Assembly: GCA_030667765.1 (NCBI GenBank)
Contig: DAOUVF010000001.1
Coordinates: 1 to 35,884, forward strand
Source: Bacteroides sp.
GTDB taxonomy: Bacteria; Bacteroidota; Bacteroidia; Bacteroidales; SM23-62
DNA: 35,884 nt
Direction: 5' to 3'
The translations under genes and the position numbers were made by a program. The notes beneath the pieces were generated by a model, which was not told the DNA's origin, did not search any database, and saw only the letters and a program-made list of their open reading frames with translations. Of this stretch, positions 18,262-28,365 are shown piece by piece (positions within the stretch are counted from its first letter, which is position 1; every line of letters begins with the position of its first letter).

Positions 18262-19749
18262 CTAAGCTTTCCGCTTCCTGGTTTTTGTCTCAGTTGTAGA
18301 TTTACCGCTCCCCGGATCTGCTTTTTTCCTGCTCTTCGCCGTAACTTTGGTTGCCGTCTTTTTGGCACTTGTCTTTTTGGCATTCGTTTCCACGGCGGAT
18401 GGTTTCTTTGCGGCTGTTTTTTTTGTAGTACTATGCTCCCGGCCGGATAATAACAATTGTTTATTCAGCTCATAGATCTCTTCTTCATACCTGCTGATTA
18501 TGCTTTCCTTTTCCTCTATGATCCCTGTCAGGTTCGAGATCTCCTGTTCCACACCAGTCTGGGGAACAACTGCATTCACACGCAGGGTAAAATCACTGAG
18601 TACATTCATGTAGTTAATGAACGCATCATAGGGTGTATCATACGGATTGAAATAGGAATGTACCGCACCATCCGAGAAGAACTTTGTGCACATATAGTAG
18701 AAGTGGTCACTGACCTGGAGATAATCCCAGTCTTTTTTAAGTACCGGATCCTCAACTTTTTTCAGTTTATCCCTCAGGTCATAGAGCCGGTTAAACGCTT
18801 CTTCCTGCAATTCATTACCCAGCCAGGCAGTCAGGTCCCTTTCTTCATCTGCCCAGGAGATGGGATGTGGGACCTGCACTGCAGAGATGACCTGCAGGTT
18901 GCCGGCCACCTCTGATGGTGTACTGAAAGTAAAATCTGAGTTTGCAAATACAGTCTCAGGCAAAGCTTTCAGGAACTCAAAGATGCCGGTTTCCTCCCAC
19001 TGGTGTTCACCGAACGTTTCGTAATCCATGAACAGATTAACTGTTTCTTCATCCTTTCCGGTCTGATTTAACCAGGATACGTATTTTTCTGCCGTCAATG
19101 GATATTCTTCCCATCCCTTATTGGAGAAGCGGAAGGCAATATCATCACTCAGCTTGAAATTCTTAAGCAGCAGCTTTAATTTGGGATTAATTGCGTTGCA
19201 ATACAGGTAATTCGGGCTCTTCCAGCCAAGTATATGTTTTGCCCCTTCTGTCAGCATGGCCTTGTAGCCCATGCGCGATACCATAGCACCAATATCATCA
19301 GAGTAGATAAGCTCTGTATTTCTGAAAACTGTCGGGATCTGTCCAAAATGCTTCTCAATTTTTCCAACATGTTCTGCCACCTGGGATCTGAATTCATCTT
19401 CATCCTTCAGGGCCACCAAAGAATGGGCATTGGTCTCTGCAAGGAATTCCACACAACCTGTTTTTGCCAGTTTCCTGAAACTCTCCAGTACCTCCGGGGA
19501 ATAGAGTTCCATCTGGTCGATGGCAATGCCTGAAATGGACATGGCAATTTTGAACTTCCCGTCAAATTTCCGGATCAGGTCAAGTAATATCTTGTTGGCC
19601 GGGAGGTAACATTTATCCGCCACCTTCCTGAGGATACTTTCATTGGAATAATCGTCATAATAATAATGTTCATTACCGATATCAAAAAAACGGTACCTCC
19701 TAAAACGGAAGGGTTGATGAACCTGGAAATACAGACAAATTGTTCTCAT
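18262..19749 (-). CDS. Glycoside hydrolase family 57 protein with coiled-coil and Lys-rich C-terminal tail
   Basis: FQVHQP, FRNTELIY, FMDYETFGEHQW, SWADEERD, SDHFYYM motifs. Confidence 0.93.
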   Translation of the reverse strand: MRTICLYFQVHQPFRFRRYRFFDIGNEHYYYDDYSNESILRKVADKCYLPANKILLDLIRKFDGKFKIAMSISGIAIDQMELYSPEVLESFRKLAKTGCVEFLAETNAHSLVALKDEDEFRSQVAEHVGKIEKHFGQIPTVFRNTELIYSDDIGAMVSRMGYKAMLTEGAKHILGWKSPNYLYCNAINPKLKLLLKNFKLSDDIAFRFSNKGWEEYPLTAEKYVSWLNQTGKDEETVNLFMDYETFGEHQWEETGIFEFLKALPETVFANSDFTFSTPSEVAGNLQVISAVQVPHPISWADEERDLTAWLGNELQEEAFNRLYDLRDKLKKVEDPVLKKDWDYLQVSDHFYYMCTKFFSDGAVHSYFNPYDTPYDAFINYMNVLSDFTLRVNAVVPQTGVEQEISNLTGIIEEKESIISRYEEEIYELNKQLLLSGREHSTTKKTAAKKPSAVETNAKKTSAKKTATKVTAKSRKKADPGSGKSTTETKTRKRKA

Positions 19750-19767
19750 TATATCATGATTAATTTT

Positions 19768-21051
19768 TTACACTAAGTTTGTATAAACTTCCCTGACCTT
19801 CCTGGCCGAATTTTCCCATTTCAGATTATCCACTTCTTCTTTCCCATATTTCTTGAAGGTCATGGATAAAGCTTCATAATTCAGAATTCCATAGATGGCA
19901 TCCGACATGGCATCTATATCCCAGAAATCGACCTTAATGGCATGTTTCAGGATCTCAGCAACGCCTGACTGATGGGATATAATGACCGGAACATTTGACT
20001 GCATCGCTTCCAGTGGAGAAATCCCAAAAGGTTCAGATACCGAAGGCATTACGTAAACGTCAGTCAGGGAGAACATCCTGTAAACATCATCCCCCCTCAG
20101 AAATCCTGTGAAGTGAAATTTATCCATGATCCGAAGGGAGGTCGCATGCCAGATCATCCTGATCATCATATCGCCACTGCCTGCCATCACGAAACGGACA
20201 TTGTCCATTTTCTGCAGGACTTTTTTGGCCACCTCGATGAAGTATTCAGGTCCCTTTTGCATGGTTATCCTGCCCAGGAAAGTGACGATCTTCTCGTCGA
20301 AACCCTTCTTTACAATGATATTTTCCTGCTGAACCACAGGATCTACCGCATTATACACTGTCACAACCTTATCGGCAGCTATCCCGTAATTATGGATCAC
20401 GGTATTCCGGGTCAGATTGCTGACAGTAATAACCTTATCGGCAGCTTCCATGCCCCTTTTTTCCATCTCATAAACCCCTGGATTCACATTCCCGCCACTC
20501 CGGTCAAAATCAGTAGCATGAACATGTACCACCAGTGGCTTGCCGGATACCTGTTTGGCCGCCATCCCGGCCGGGTAAGTAAGCCAGTCATGTGAATGGA
20601 TGACATCAAAATCCTGGGCAGCTGCAATGTCAGTTGCTACAGCTGCATAATTGGCAATCTCCTGGTATAAATTCACGCCATATCCTCCTGTGAACTCTAA
20701 CTTACCGCTGAAACGCACATTAACAAACTGCTTCTTCCCGCTTTTATCCTGCTCCAGCAAATTAAAATATTCCTCCGGATCGGTATAAGGAATAATGTTT
20801 GAATTAACCTCCATGAACCTGATCTTTTTCATAAGATCCTGGTAATGGATGTTTTGTTCACTAAGTACTATGTCGTTTGCACCGATAAGACGTAGTTTGG
20901 ACTGATCCTCATCACCAAATGCCTTCGGTACTACGAACAGGATGTCCATATCATCAAAATATGATAATCCTTTGGTCAGGCCATAACAAGCCGTGCCGAG
21001 GCCACCAGATATGTGGGGAGGAAATTCCCAACCGAACATTAATACTCTCAT
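19768..21051 (-). CDS. Glycosyltransferase family 4 (glycogen-locus associated)
   Basis: GWEFPPHISGGLG, HSHDWLT, GRITMQKG, PSVSEPFGISPLEAM. Confidence 0.93.
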   Translation of the reverse strand: MRVLMFGWEFPPHISGGLGTACYGLTKGLSYFDDMDILFVVPKAFGDEDQSKLRLIGANDIVLSEQNIHYQDLMKKIRFMEVNSNIIPYTDPEEYFNLLEQDKSGKKQFVNVRFSGKLEFTGGYGVNLYQEIANYAAVATDIAAAQDFDVIHSHDWLTYPAGMAAKQVSGKPLVVHVHATDFDRSGGNVNPGVYEMEKRGMEAADKVITVSNLTRNTVIHNYGIAADKVVTVYNAVDPVVQQENIIVKKGFDEKIVTFLGRITMQKGPEYFIEVAKKVLQKMDNVRFVMAGSGDMMIRMIWHATSLRIMDKFHFTGFLRGDDVYRMFSLTDVYVMPSVSEPFGISPLEAMQSNVPVIISHQSGVAEILKHAIKVDFWDIDAMSDAIYGILNYEALSMTFKKYGKEEVDNLKWENSARKVREVYTNLV

Positions 21052-21063
21052 ATACTGGAGGAT

Positions 21064-23016
21064 TTATTCATTTTCTGTACTGTAATTCTTGATCATCCTC
21101 CTGATGCGTAACAGGGCAGCGACGCTCCAGGCCTGGGAGATGGCACCCTTTCCTTTATGTGGAGGATCCCCGTCATAGATTTCGGAGACAGATCCAATCC
21201 CATTCATATTCATATCTTCTTCAAATCCGTAATACAATTTTTTTACGAGGGATAAGCCGGTTGTTTTGTGGATCTTCAGGTAGGTGGCACAGAAATGTTC
21301 AAGCAACCATGGCCAGACCGTTCCCTGATGATAAGCCTCATCCCTGATCTCCTGTTTCCCCTCATAAATTCCCTTATATAAAGGATTCTTTGGTGAAAGG
21401 GTCCGTAATCCTTTGGGGGTCAACAATTCTCCCTCGACAACATCAAGTATTGATTTTTTCATCTCTGTACTGAGCGGGGAATGATCCATGGCAGCAGCAA
21501 TGATCTGATTTGGCCTGACGGAGATATCCTGTACCCCATTTTTCACGCAATCAGCCAGGTAGCCACCTTCCTCGTACCAGAATACAGGGACAAATGATTC
21601 TTCGATCATGGCGGGTATATCCTTCCATTCATCAATGAATTTCTTCTCCCCTGTTTTTTCGGCCAGTTCCAGGGCAAAACGAATACTGTTATACCAGAGT
21701 GCCGATATCTCCACCGGGTTTCCATCCCGCTGGGTAACCGGACTGTCATATACCACCGCATCCATCCAGGTGAGTGCTTTAAATTCCTCGCCGGCATGGA
21801 TCAGTCCATTCTCCTGCATATGGATATTGAAAAGGGTGCCTGCCCTGAAATGGTGGAGGATATGCTTGATATGTTTCCCGTATCTTTTCCACAGGTCATA
21901 CTCAGGATTATATTTGTGAAATTGCTGCAATGCCCAGATGAACCAGAGGGGTGCGTCTACTGAATTAAATGCTGGATCATCGTCGGTACCCATATTCGGG
22001 AATAATCCGTTTTTTAATTTTTTCACCATGGTATCGGCCACAGAGATGAAAGATTCCGGATCACGGATTGCGATGGTCAGTCCCGGTAAGGCGATAAAGG
22101 TGTCACGTCCCCATGTGCCGAACCACGGAAATCCTGCAACAACTTCCGTTTTACGATCTTGTCTTACAATGAATTGCTGTGCAGAATTTATCAGGCTATT
22201 ATAGAAACTTGTGCGTGGGATTCGCTTGGACAACTCACTGGTGTACTTCCTCTTGAGACTTGCTGTAGCTGCTTCCCTGGTGCTTGCCGAGAAGATGATG
22301 GTCTCGCCCTCCTTCATTCCCAGTTCAAAATAGCCAGGCACGAACAGGTCTTCCTTGTATGCATATCCCCGTTCCATTTCCTGAGGGTATTCGATGTTAT
22401 AATACCAATCCGGAACGTGCACATATTCAAGTTTCTTTGAGAATTGCATATACAGGCTCGGATATCCCTCGTACAGCTTTGAGACCACGCCATTGGCTGT
22501 CTTTCTTACTTTCGTATTGGCATAGAGGTTTGACTTACTCAGGGTGTGTGCATTCCTGAAGGCCAGGAAGGGACGGAATCTCATCCTGATCGGCCCCTGG
22601 CTCTCCACCAGCTGATATTTCATAAGGATCTGCTGTTCCCTCTCCACCAGGAGACTTGTCCTGACCAGCACCACACTCCCAACACGGTATGTAGTGCGGG
22701 CAATGGTTTCCGCTTCGAAATCCCGGACATATTTATGCCCTTTCGGCACAAAATTATCCCCTTCATATTTATGGATCCCCAGATTAAACTCCTGGTCTTT
22801 CTCAACAATGGTTGCATCCAGTGAGGATAGCAAAACATGTTTTTCTCCTTTGAACTGTTCCAGGGGACAAACCAGCAGGCCATGGTATTTCCTTGTATTG
22901 CATCCTACAATGGTCATACTGGCGTATGATCCGGCCCGGTTTGACCGGATGATTTCCCGGTTCAGGGAATACTCCAGGTTGATCAGCTGGCTTTTATCAA
23001 ATTTTATATAGCTCAT
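21064..23016 (-). CDS. Glycogen debranching enzyme (amylo-alpha-1,6-glucosidase; GDE_N + GDE_C)
   Basis: TRKYHGLLV, AGFPWFGTWGRDTFIALPG, VDAPLWF, LTWMDA, YHQGTVWPW, QAWSVA. Confidence 0.93.
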   Translation of the reverse strand: MSYIKFDKSQLINLEYSLNREIIRSNRAGSYASMTIVGCNTRKYHGLLVCPLEQFKGEKHVLLSSLDATIVEKDQEFNLGIHKYEGDNFVPKGHKYVRDFEAETIARTTYRVGSVVLVRTSLLVEREQQILMKYQLVESQGPIRMRFRPFLAFRNAHTLSKSNLYANTKVRKTANGVVSKLYEGYPSLYMQFSKKLEYVHVPDWYYNIEYPQEMERGYAYKEDLFVPGYFELGMKEGETIIFSASTREAATASLKRKYTSELSKRIPRTSFYNSLINSAQQFIVRQDRKTEVVAGFPWFGTWGRDTFIALPGLTIAIRDPESFISVADTMVKKLKNGLFPNMGTDDDPAFNSVDAPLWFIWALQQFHKYNPEYDLWKRYGKHIKHILHHFRAGTLFNIHMQENGLIHAGEEFKALTWMDAVVYDSPVTQRDGNPVEISALWYNSIRFALELAEKTGEKKFIDEWKDIPAMIEESFVPVFWYEEGGYLADCVKNGVQDISVRPNQIIAAAMDHSPLSTEMKKSILDVVEGELLTPKGLRTLSPKNPLYKGIYEGKQEIRDEAYHQGTVWPWLLEHFCATYLKIHKTTGLSLVKKLYYGFEEDMNMNGIGSVSEIYDGDPPHKGKGAISQAWSVAALLRIRRMIKNYSTENE

Positions 23017-23205
23017 CGTATGTGTATGATTCTACAAAACCCTATTATTCAACAAGTTAATAAATTGCTTTGAGATTATCAAAAAAAGCTAACAAATATC
23101 TGAAATTCATATTAATATAACAATGCCCGGACAGCCTTTTTAATAAATTTTTCGTTATTTTTTTTTCACGATGTGGATTTAGAAATATGTATCTTCGCAG
23201 GATTG

Positions 23206-24670
23206 GTGAAAAAGGCAAATTCATACGAGGCGGTAATCGGCCTGGAAGTCCATGCCCAGTTGAGTACAGAGAGTAAATTGTTTTGTTCTGACCCCAACCA
23301 GTTCGGCGCTGAACCCAATCAACATACATCGGTCATTTCGCTTGGACATCCGGGAAGTCTTCCCAGGCTCAATGGAAAGGTAGTTGAATATGCCATCAGG
23401 CTTGGATTAGCCACCCGGTCTAAGATCGCTCCTTCCCTGGCCTTTACCCGCAAGAATTACTTTTATACCGACCTGCCCAAAGGATACCAGATCTCCCAGC
23501 ATGAGGCTCCCATTTGCGAGGGCGGGTATATCCATATCCGTATGCCTTCCGGAAATAAAAAGATCCGTTTGATCCGTATCCATATTGAAGAAGATGCCGG
23601 CAAAAGCCTTCATGACCAGCAACCCGATGCCAGCCTGATCGACCTGAACAGGGCGGGGGTCCCCTTGCTTGAAATCGTATCTGAACCTGACCTTCGAAGT
23701 GGAGAGGAAGCACAGTCATACCTGGGGGAGGTCCGAAGGCTGGTCCGGCACCTGAACATCTGTGATGGCAATATGGAGGAAGGCAGCCTTAGATGTGATG
23801 CCAATGTATCGGTCAGAAAAAAAGAGCGAGACTAAACTGGGTACCCGCACAGAGATCAAAAACCTTAACAGCATGTCGAATGTCAGGAAGGCAATCGAAT
23901 ATGAAATTAAAAGACAGATAGCATTACTCGATGAGGGAGGGAAGGTGGTCCAGCAAACCGTCAGTTATGATGACCAGAAAAATCTTACGTTCCCGTTGCG
24001 AAGCAAGGAAGAGGCAGAAGATTACCGGTATTTCCCGGAACCGGATTTAAATCCCATTATCATTGACCAAAAATGGGTATCAGAAATCCTGTCGGACTTG
24101 CCAGCACTTCCACAGGAGCTTTTCTTACGGTATACCACTGAATATCATTTATCAGAACAGGATGCTGGTGTCCTGGTTGAATCACCGGAGCAGGCTAGGT
24201 ATTTTGAAGCACTTGCTGATCAGACAGGAGAACAAAAGACGGCTGCCAACTGGATACTGGGACCGGTTAAATCATGGCTAAAGGAAAATCATACCCGGAT
24301 GGATGATTTCCCCCTGTCACCTGAAAAACTGGCATCCCTGCTGGCCCTGGCCAATGAGGGCAAAGTCAGCTATACAGCCGCCCAGCAAAAGATATTCCCT
24401 GAACTGATCCGGCAGCCGGATGCTAATCCCATGGCACTGGCAAAACAGCTGGACCTCATCCAGGAATCAGGTACGGAGGCCATAATGAAACATGTCCATG
24501 CAGCGTTAGATAAATATCCTGAAAAAATCAGGGAATATCACAATGGAAAGAAAGGCCTGGTCGGGTTATTTATGGGAGAAGTCATGAAATCCACCGGAGG
24601 CAAGGCGGATCCTTCACTGTCAAATAGAATGATCATGCAAGAATTGGATAAACGTAAAGAAGATGAATAA
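23206..24670 (+). CDS. gatB: Asp-tRNA(Asn)/Glu-tRNA(Gln) amidotransferase subunit B; frameshifted at the A7 run 23817-23823
   Basis: [34 protein letters not shown] and [10 protein letters not shown] in the first frame; [24 protein letters not shown] and [12 protein letters not shown] in the second. Removing one A joins them. Confidence 0.95.
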
Positions 24671-25826
24671 AAACTTTTGGCTGACAGGTATTCTTGTCCT
24701 TCTACTATCCTGCAATGGTGAAAAAAGTACATTCAAAATCTCCGGTAACCTGGATAAGGGGGAAGGAATGATGATTTATCTCAAGGAGATGACCAGCACG
24801 GAGATGATCCATGTCGATTCCACCCTGATAAATGATGCTGGTGGCTTCGAACTGAATGGCCAGCTTCCGGAAAACAGGTTCTATGCAATTCATACACAGC
24901 CGGAGAGCTTTATTTATATCCTGGCCGCTAAAGGTGATAAGATCACCATAGAGGGAGATGCCCAGGCATTGACCAGTACATATACTGTGTCCGGTTCGGA
25001 AGATTCCAGGCTGATCCGGGAGTTGACGGAGGAACAGAATAAGGTACTGGCCCGGATATATCAGCTGAACAGAATATTTACAGACAGTGTGCATAGTCCG
25101 GATTTATTGGAGATTAAAGTGGGACTAGATTCTGTATACGATGGTATTCTTGAGTCGCATCGTGAATATACCTTCGCATTCATCGAAGACAACCTGCACT
25201 CACAGGCCAGTCTGATGGCCCTTTATCAGCAGATCGGTCCCAGGCATTTCGTACTGGATCCTGAAAATGATTTTAAATATTTTTCCATGGTCGACTCATC
25301 CATGGGCATATTGTATCCCGAATCGGATGCTGTCCAGGATCTTCACCGGCAGGTAGATGAACTAAAACAGAAACAGCGGCTTGAATCAATGTCCGCTGCC
25401 CGGCTCGAGGCAGGATCATCGGTCCCGGAAATTGCCCTGCCCAATCCAGACGGTGATACCATACTTCTCTCATCTCTCAGGGGCAGTTATGTTTTATTGG
25501 ATTTCTGGGCCTCTTGGTGTCCACCCTGCCGCATGGAAAATCCCAACCTGGTTAAGGTCTATGAGAAATACCATGACAAAGGATTCGAAATATACCAGGT
25601 TTCACTGGACAAGACCCGCGATGCATGGCTGAAAGGTATCAGAGATGACGGACTGAACTGGGTCCATGTCAGCGATCTGCAATATTGGAATTCTATAGTC
25701 GTCCCTGTTTACAATCTCGAAGGTATCCCGACGAGCTACCTGATTGACAGGAGAGGAAGGATCGTTGCCCGGAATCTGCGCGGCGGCATATTAGAACAAG
25801 AACTGAAACAAATATTTAATCCCTGA
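24663..25826 (+). CDS. DUF4369-TlpA family disulfide reductase lipoprotein
   Basis: Lipobox LLSC; C-terminal DFWASWCPPCRMENP and GIPTSYLID. Confidence 0.92.
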   Translation: MNKNFWLTGILVLLLSCNGEKSTFKISGNLDKGEGMMIYLKEMTSTEMIHVDSTLINDAGGFELNGQLPENRFYAIHTQPESFIYILAAKGDKITIEGDAQALTSTYTVSGSEDSRLIRELTEEQNKVLARIYQLNRIFTDSVHSPDLLEIKVGLDSVYDGILESHREYTFAFIEDNLHSQASLMALYQQIGPRHFVLDPENDFKYFSMVDSSMGILYPESDAVQDLHRQVDELKQKQRLESMSAARLEAGSSVPEIALPNPDGDTILLSSLRGSYVLLDFWASWCPPCRMENPNLVKVYEKYHDKGFEIYQVSLDKTRDAWLKGIRDDGLNWVHVSDLQYWNSIVVPVYNLEGIPTSYLIDRRGRIVARNLRGGILEQELKQIFNP

Positions 25827-25829
25827 TAA

Positions 25830-26987
25830 ATGAGAAAATTCTCCTGGCTATTGCCGCTTTTATTGCTACTGTCCTGTTCCCGGGGCGAAAAGGTTGAGAT
25901 CACCGGCTTTATCGAAAACGCTGACAAAGGCATGATCTATCTTGATGAACAGGGAATTGGTGAGATCCGTCAGATTGATTCCGTCAGGCTGAAAAAGGAT
26001 GGCAGCTTCAGACTGAAGGACAGGATTGAAAATCCGACCTTCTACAATCTGCATACAGGTAACCAGCAGATCATTCCCCTGCTGCTCACACCGGGTACCT
26101 CAGCGGAAATACGGGCTGATATGCAGGATTTTATAAATGGTTATGAGATTTATGGTTCGGAGGAATCACTATACATTCTGGAAATGAACAGAACACTCGC
26201 CGTGACAAAGCGGCAGGTAGATTCCATTCGAAAGGTCCTGCAGGAGAATCCTGACGCGGATGAAGAATTTACCCGGGAGCTGGCAGCATCTTATGATGAA
26301 ATAATACAAGGTCAGCGACGATACAGCATACAATTCATTCTTGAGCACATTTCCTCCATGGCATCCATTTATACTCTGTATCAGAAAATTGACGATAATA
26401 ACTTTGTTCTCAACGAGAACCGTGATATCCAGCTGGTCAAGATCACCAGCGAGTCACTCGATACAATCTGGCCAGGCTCCGAGCATGTACAGGCACTGAA
26501 AAGGGATGCTGCCAACCTGGAAGAAAACCTCTATAGCCAGCGGTGGCGGCAAGTTGTAGAAACTGTTGAGTCTACGTTTCCGGAAATCAGGCTGCCTGAC
26601 CCCAATGGCGATACCATAGCCCTGTCTTCCTTTAAAGGAAAAGTAATCTTACTTTCTTTCTGGGCATCCTGGGACCGGGCAAGTGTATCTCATAATATCC
26701 CACTGAAAGGGATTTATAGCAGTTATCATTCCAGGGGACTTGAAATTTACCAGGTTTCCTTTGACAATGAACGGGAATCATGGGTTAATGCAATACAGTT
26801 CGACGAACTCCCCTGGGTCAATGTGAGTGAATTAAGTTATCCGGAATCCAGTGTGGCACATATTTATAATCTCGAGGAACTGCCTGTTGTCTTTCTGATT
26901 GACAGGAAGGGCGAGATCGTAGGAAAGAACTTCAACCGGATAGACCTGGATCGAAATATACAGAGACTGTTGAACGAACCATCCTAA
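25830..26987 (+). CDS. DUF4369-TlpA-like lipoprotein lacking the CxxC motif
   Basis: Lipobox LLSC; paralogous to the previous gene but has SFWASWDRAS in place of WCxxC. Confidence 0.88.
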   Translation: MRKFSWLLPLLLLLSCSRGEKVEITGFIENADKGMIYLDEQGIGEIRQIDSVRLKKDGSFRLKDRIENPTFYNLHTGNQQIIPLLLTPGTSAEIRADMQDFINGYEIYGSEESLYILEMNRTLAVTKRQVDSIRKVLQENPDADEEFTRELAASYDEIIQGQRRYSIQFILEHISSMASIYTLYQKIDDNNFVLNENRDIQLVKITSESLDTIWPGSEHVQALKRDAANLEENLYSQRWRQVVETVESTFPEIRLPDPNGDTIALSSFKGKVILLSFWASWDRASVSHNIPLKGIYSSYHSRGLEIYQVSFDNERESWVNAIQFDELPWVNVSELSYPESSVAHIYNLEELPVVFLIDRKGEIVGKNFNRIDLDRNIQRLLNEPS

Positions 26988-26990
26988 ACC

Positions 26991-27737
26991 TTGGCACCAC
27001 AAAAGAAAATATTTTTTATCTCCGATCTCCACCTTGGCATGTACCCGCAGAAGGAAAGCATGGAAAGGGAAAAATTGGTCGTTAAGTGGCTCGATGAGGT
27101 ATATGGCGAAGCATCGGAGATTTATCTTCTGGGGGATATTTTTGATTACTGGTTTGAATATAAAAAAGTTGTGCCACGCGGATTTACCCGTTTCCTTGGT
27201 AAGATTGCCGAGATCACAGATGCAGGCGTCACTGTCAATCTATTCACAGGCAATCATGACGTCTGGGTTTTTGACTACCTGCCACAGGAAATTGGCGTAA
27301 ATGTGTACAGGGAACCCATTACCAGGGAATATGGCGGGAAAAAATTCCTGATTGCCCATGGGGACGGACTGGGACCCGGACAAACGGGCTATAAAATCCT
27401 GAAGGGCATGTTTACCAGCAAGATACTGCAATGGATGTTCGCCAGGCTCCATCCAAACTTTGCCACTGGCCTGGCCCATCGCTGGTCCAAAAAAAGCCGC
27501 TCGGACAAAGGCGTCACCACAGAATGGCTGGGCGACGACAAGGAATACCTTGTTCGTTTTGCCCGTGAAAAATTAAAGGAAGAACACTTCGATTATTTTG
27601 TTTTCGGGCACCGCCATCTGCCCCTGACCCTCGACCTGAACGAAAAGAGTAAATTGTTTTACCTGGGGGACTGGATTGAAAATTTCACCTACGCCGTTAT
27701 TGAGGGTGACAGGCTTGAATTGAAGCATTACAAATAA
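26991..27737 (+). CDS. lpxH: UDP-2,3-diacylglucosamine diphosphatase
   Basis: SDLHLG, LGDIFDYW, GNHD, AHGDGLG, GHRH and GDW metallophosphoesterase motifs. Confidence 0.92.
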   Translation: MAPQKKIFFISDLHLGMYPQKESMEREKLVVKWLDEVYGEASEIYLLGDIFDYWFEYKKVVPRGFTRFLGKIAEITDAGVTVNLFTGNHDVWVFDYLPQEIGVNVYREPITREYGGKKFLIAHGDGLGPGQTGYKILKGMFTSKILQWMFARLHPNFATGLAHRWSKKSRSDKGVTTEWLGDDKEYLVRFAREKLKEEHFDYFVFGHRHLPLTLDLNEKSKLFYLGDWIENFTYAVIEGDRLELKHYK

Positions 27738-27817
27738 AGGTAAAACCAAGGTTCATACGAAATTCCCACACGCAACTTCTGTGGTAAAAACTTCGTCTAT
27801 AAATAAACCAACGTCGT

Positions 27818-28243
27818 ATGATGACTGTAGCCAGATTATTAATCGTCTTGTTTGCACTCTCCATAATTGCCTGTGAGAAAAACAATGAAAACGCAGCGGC
27901 CACTACTGATCATTTGATCGGAAGCTGGTTCAACCCGCAGTACAATGATTCAATTGTCACTTTTGAGAGATCTGAGGGACTAGTCGATAATGAATGTAGT
28001 TTTTCATTCAAAGAGGATAAAACTTTTATCGAACGTAAAAATGCAGGATGGTGTGGGACCCCACCCATTTCATATGCAGATTTTGACGGTATCTGGTCCG
28101 AAAATGACTCCATCATAGAAATCACCGTTGATTACTGGGGAGGTACAGCAGAATATACATGGAAGGTCTTATCGATTGATGAACTTACCCTGAAGATAAT
28201 CCGCCTGGAAGAGGATTACAACCTCGAAAATCAGAATATCTAA
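27818..28243 (+). CDS. Hypothetical lipoprotein (possible lipocalin-like barrel)
   Basis: IIAC lipobox, LIGSW motif, beta-rich pattern. Confidence 0.75.
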   Translation: MMTVARLLIVLFALSIIACEKNNENAAATTDHLIGSWFNPQYNDSIVTFERSEGLVDNECSFSFKEDKTFIERKNAGWCGTPPISYADFDGIWSENDSIIEITVDYWGGTAEYTWKVLSIDELTLKIIRLEEDYNLENQNI

Positions 28244-28365
28244 TAACCCCTTTTACTTCTCTAATGATCAGTGATTTTATGGCTGATTAGTCCGTTAGGA
28301 ATTGTTGACCCGCCAGAATTAAACTATTTCATGTAAATTTATAGATCCTGGACTGGGGTTGGCAT

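Noticed and set aside
23817..23824. A-AAA-AAG as a programmed -1 frameshift site in gatB
   Set aside because: Restoring GatB requires a +1 shift, not -1, and no stimulatory structure is evident
28241..28300. Possible attC site after the small lipoprotein (TAAC...GTTA with CTAAT/ATTAG)
   Set aside because: R boxes do not match RYYYAAC/GTTRRRY, pairing is poor, and there is no integrase or cassette array
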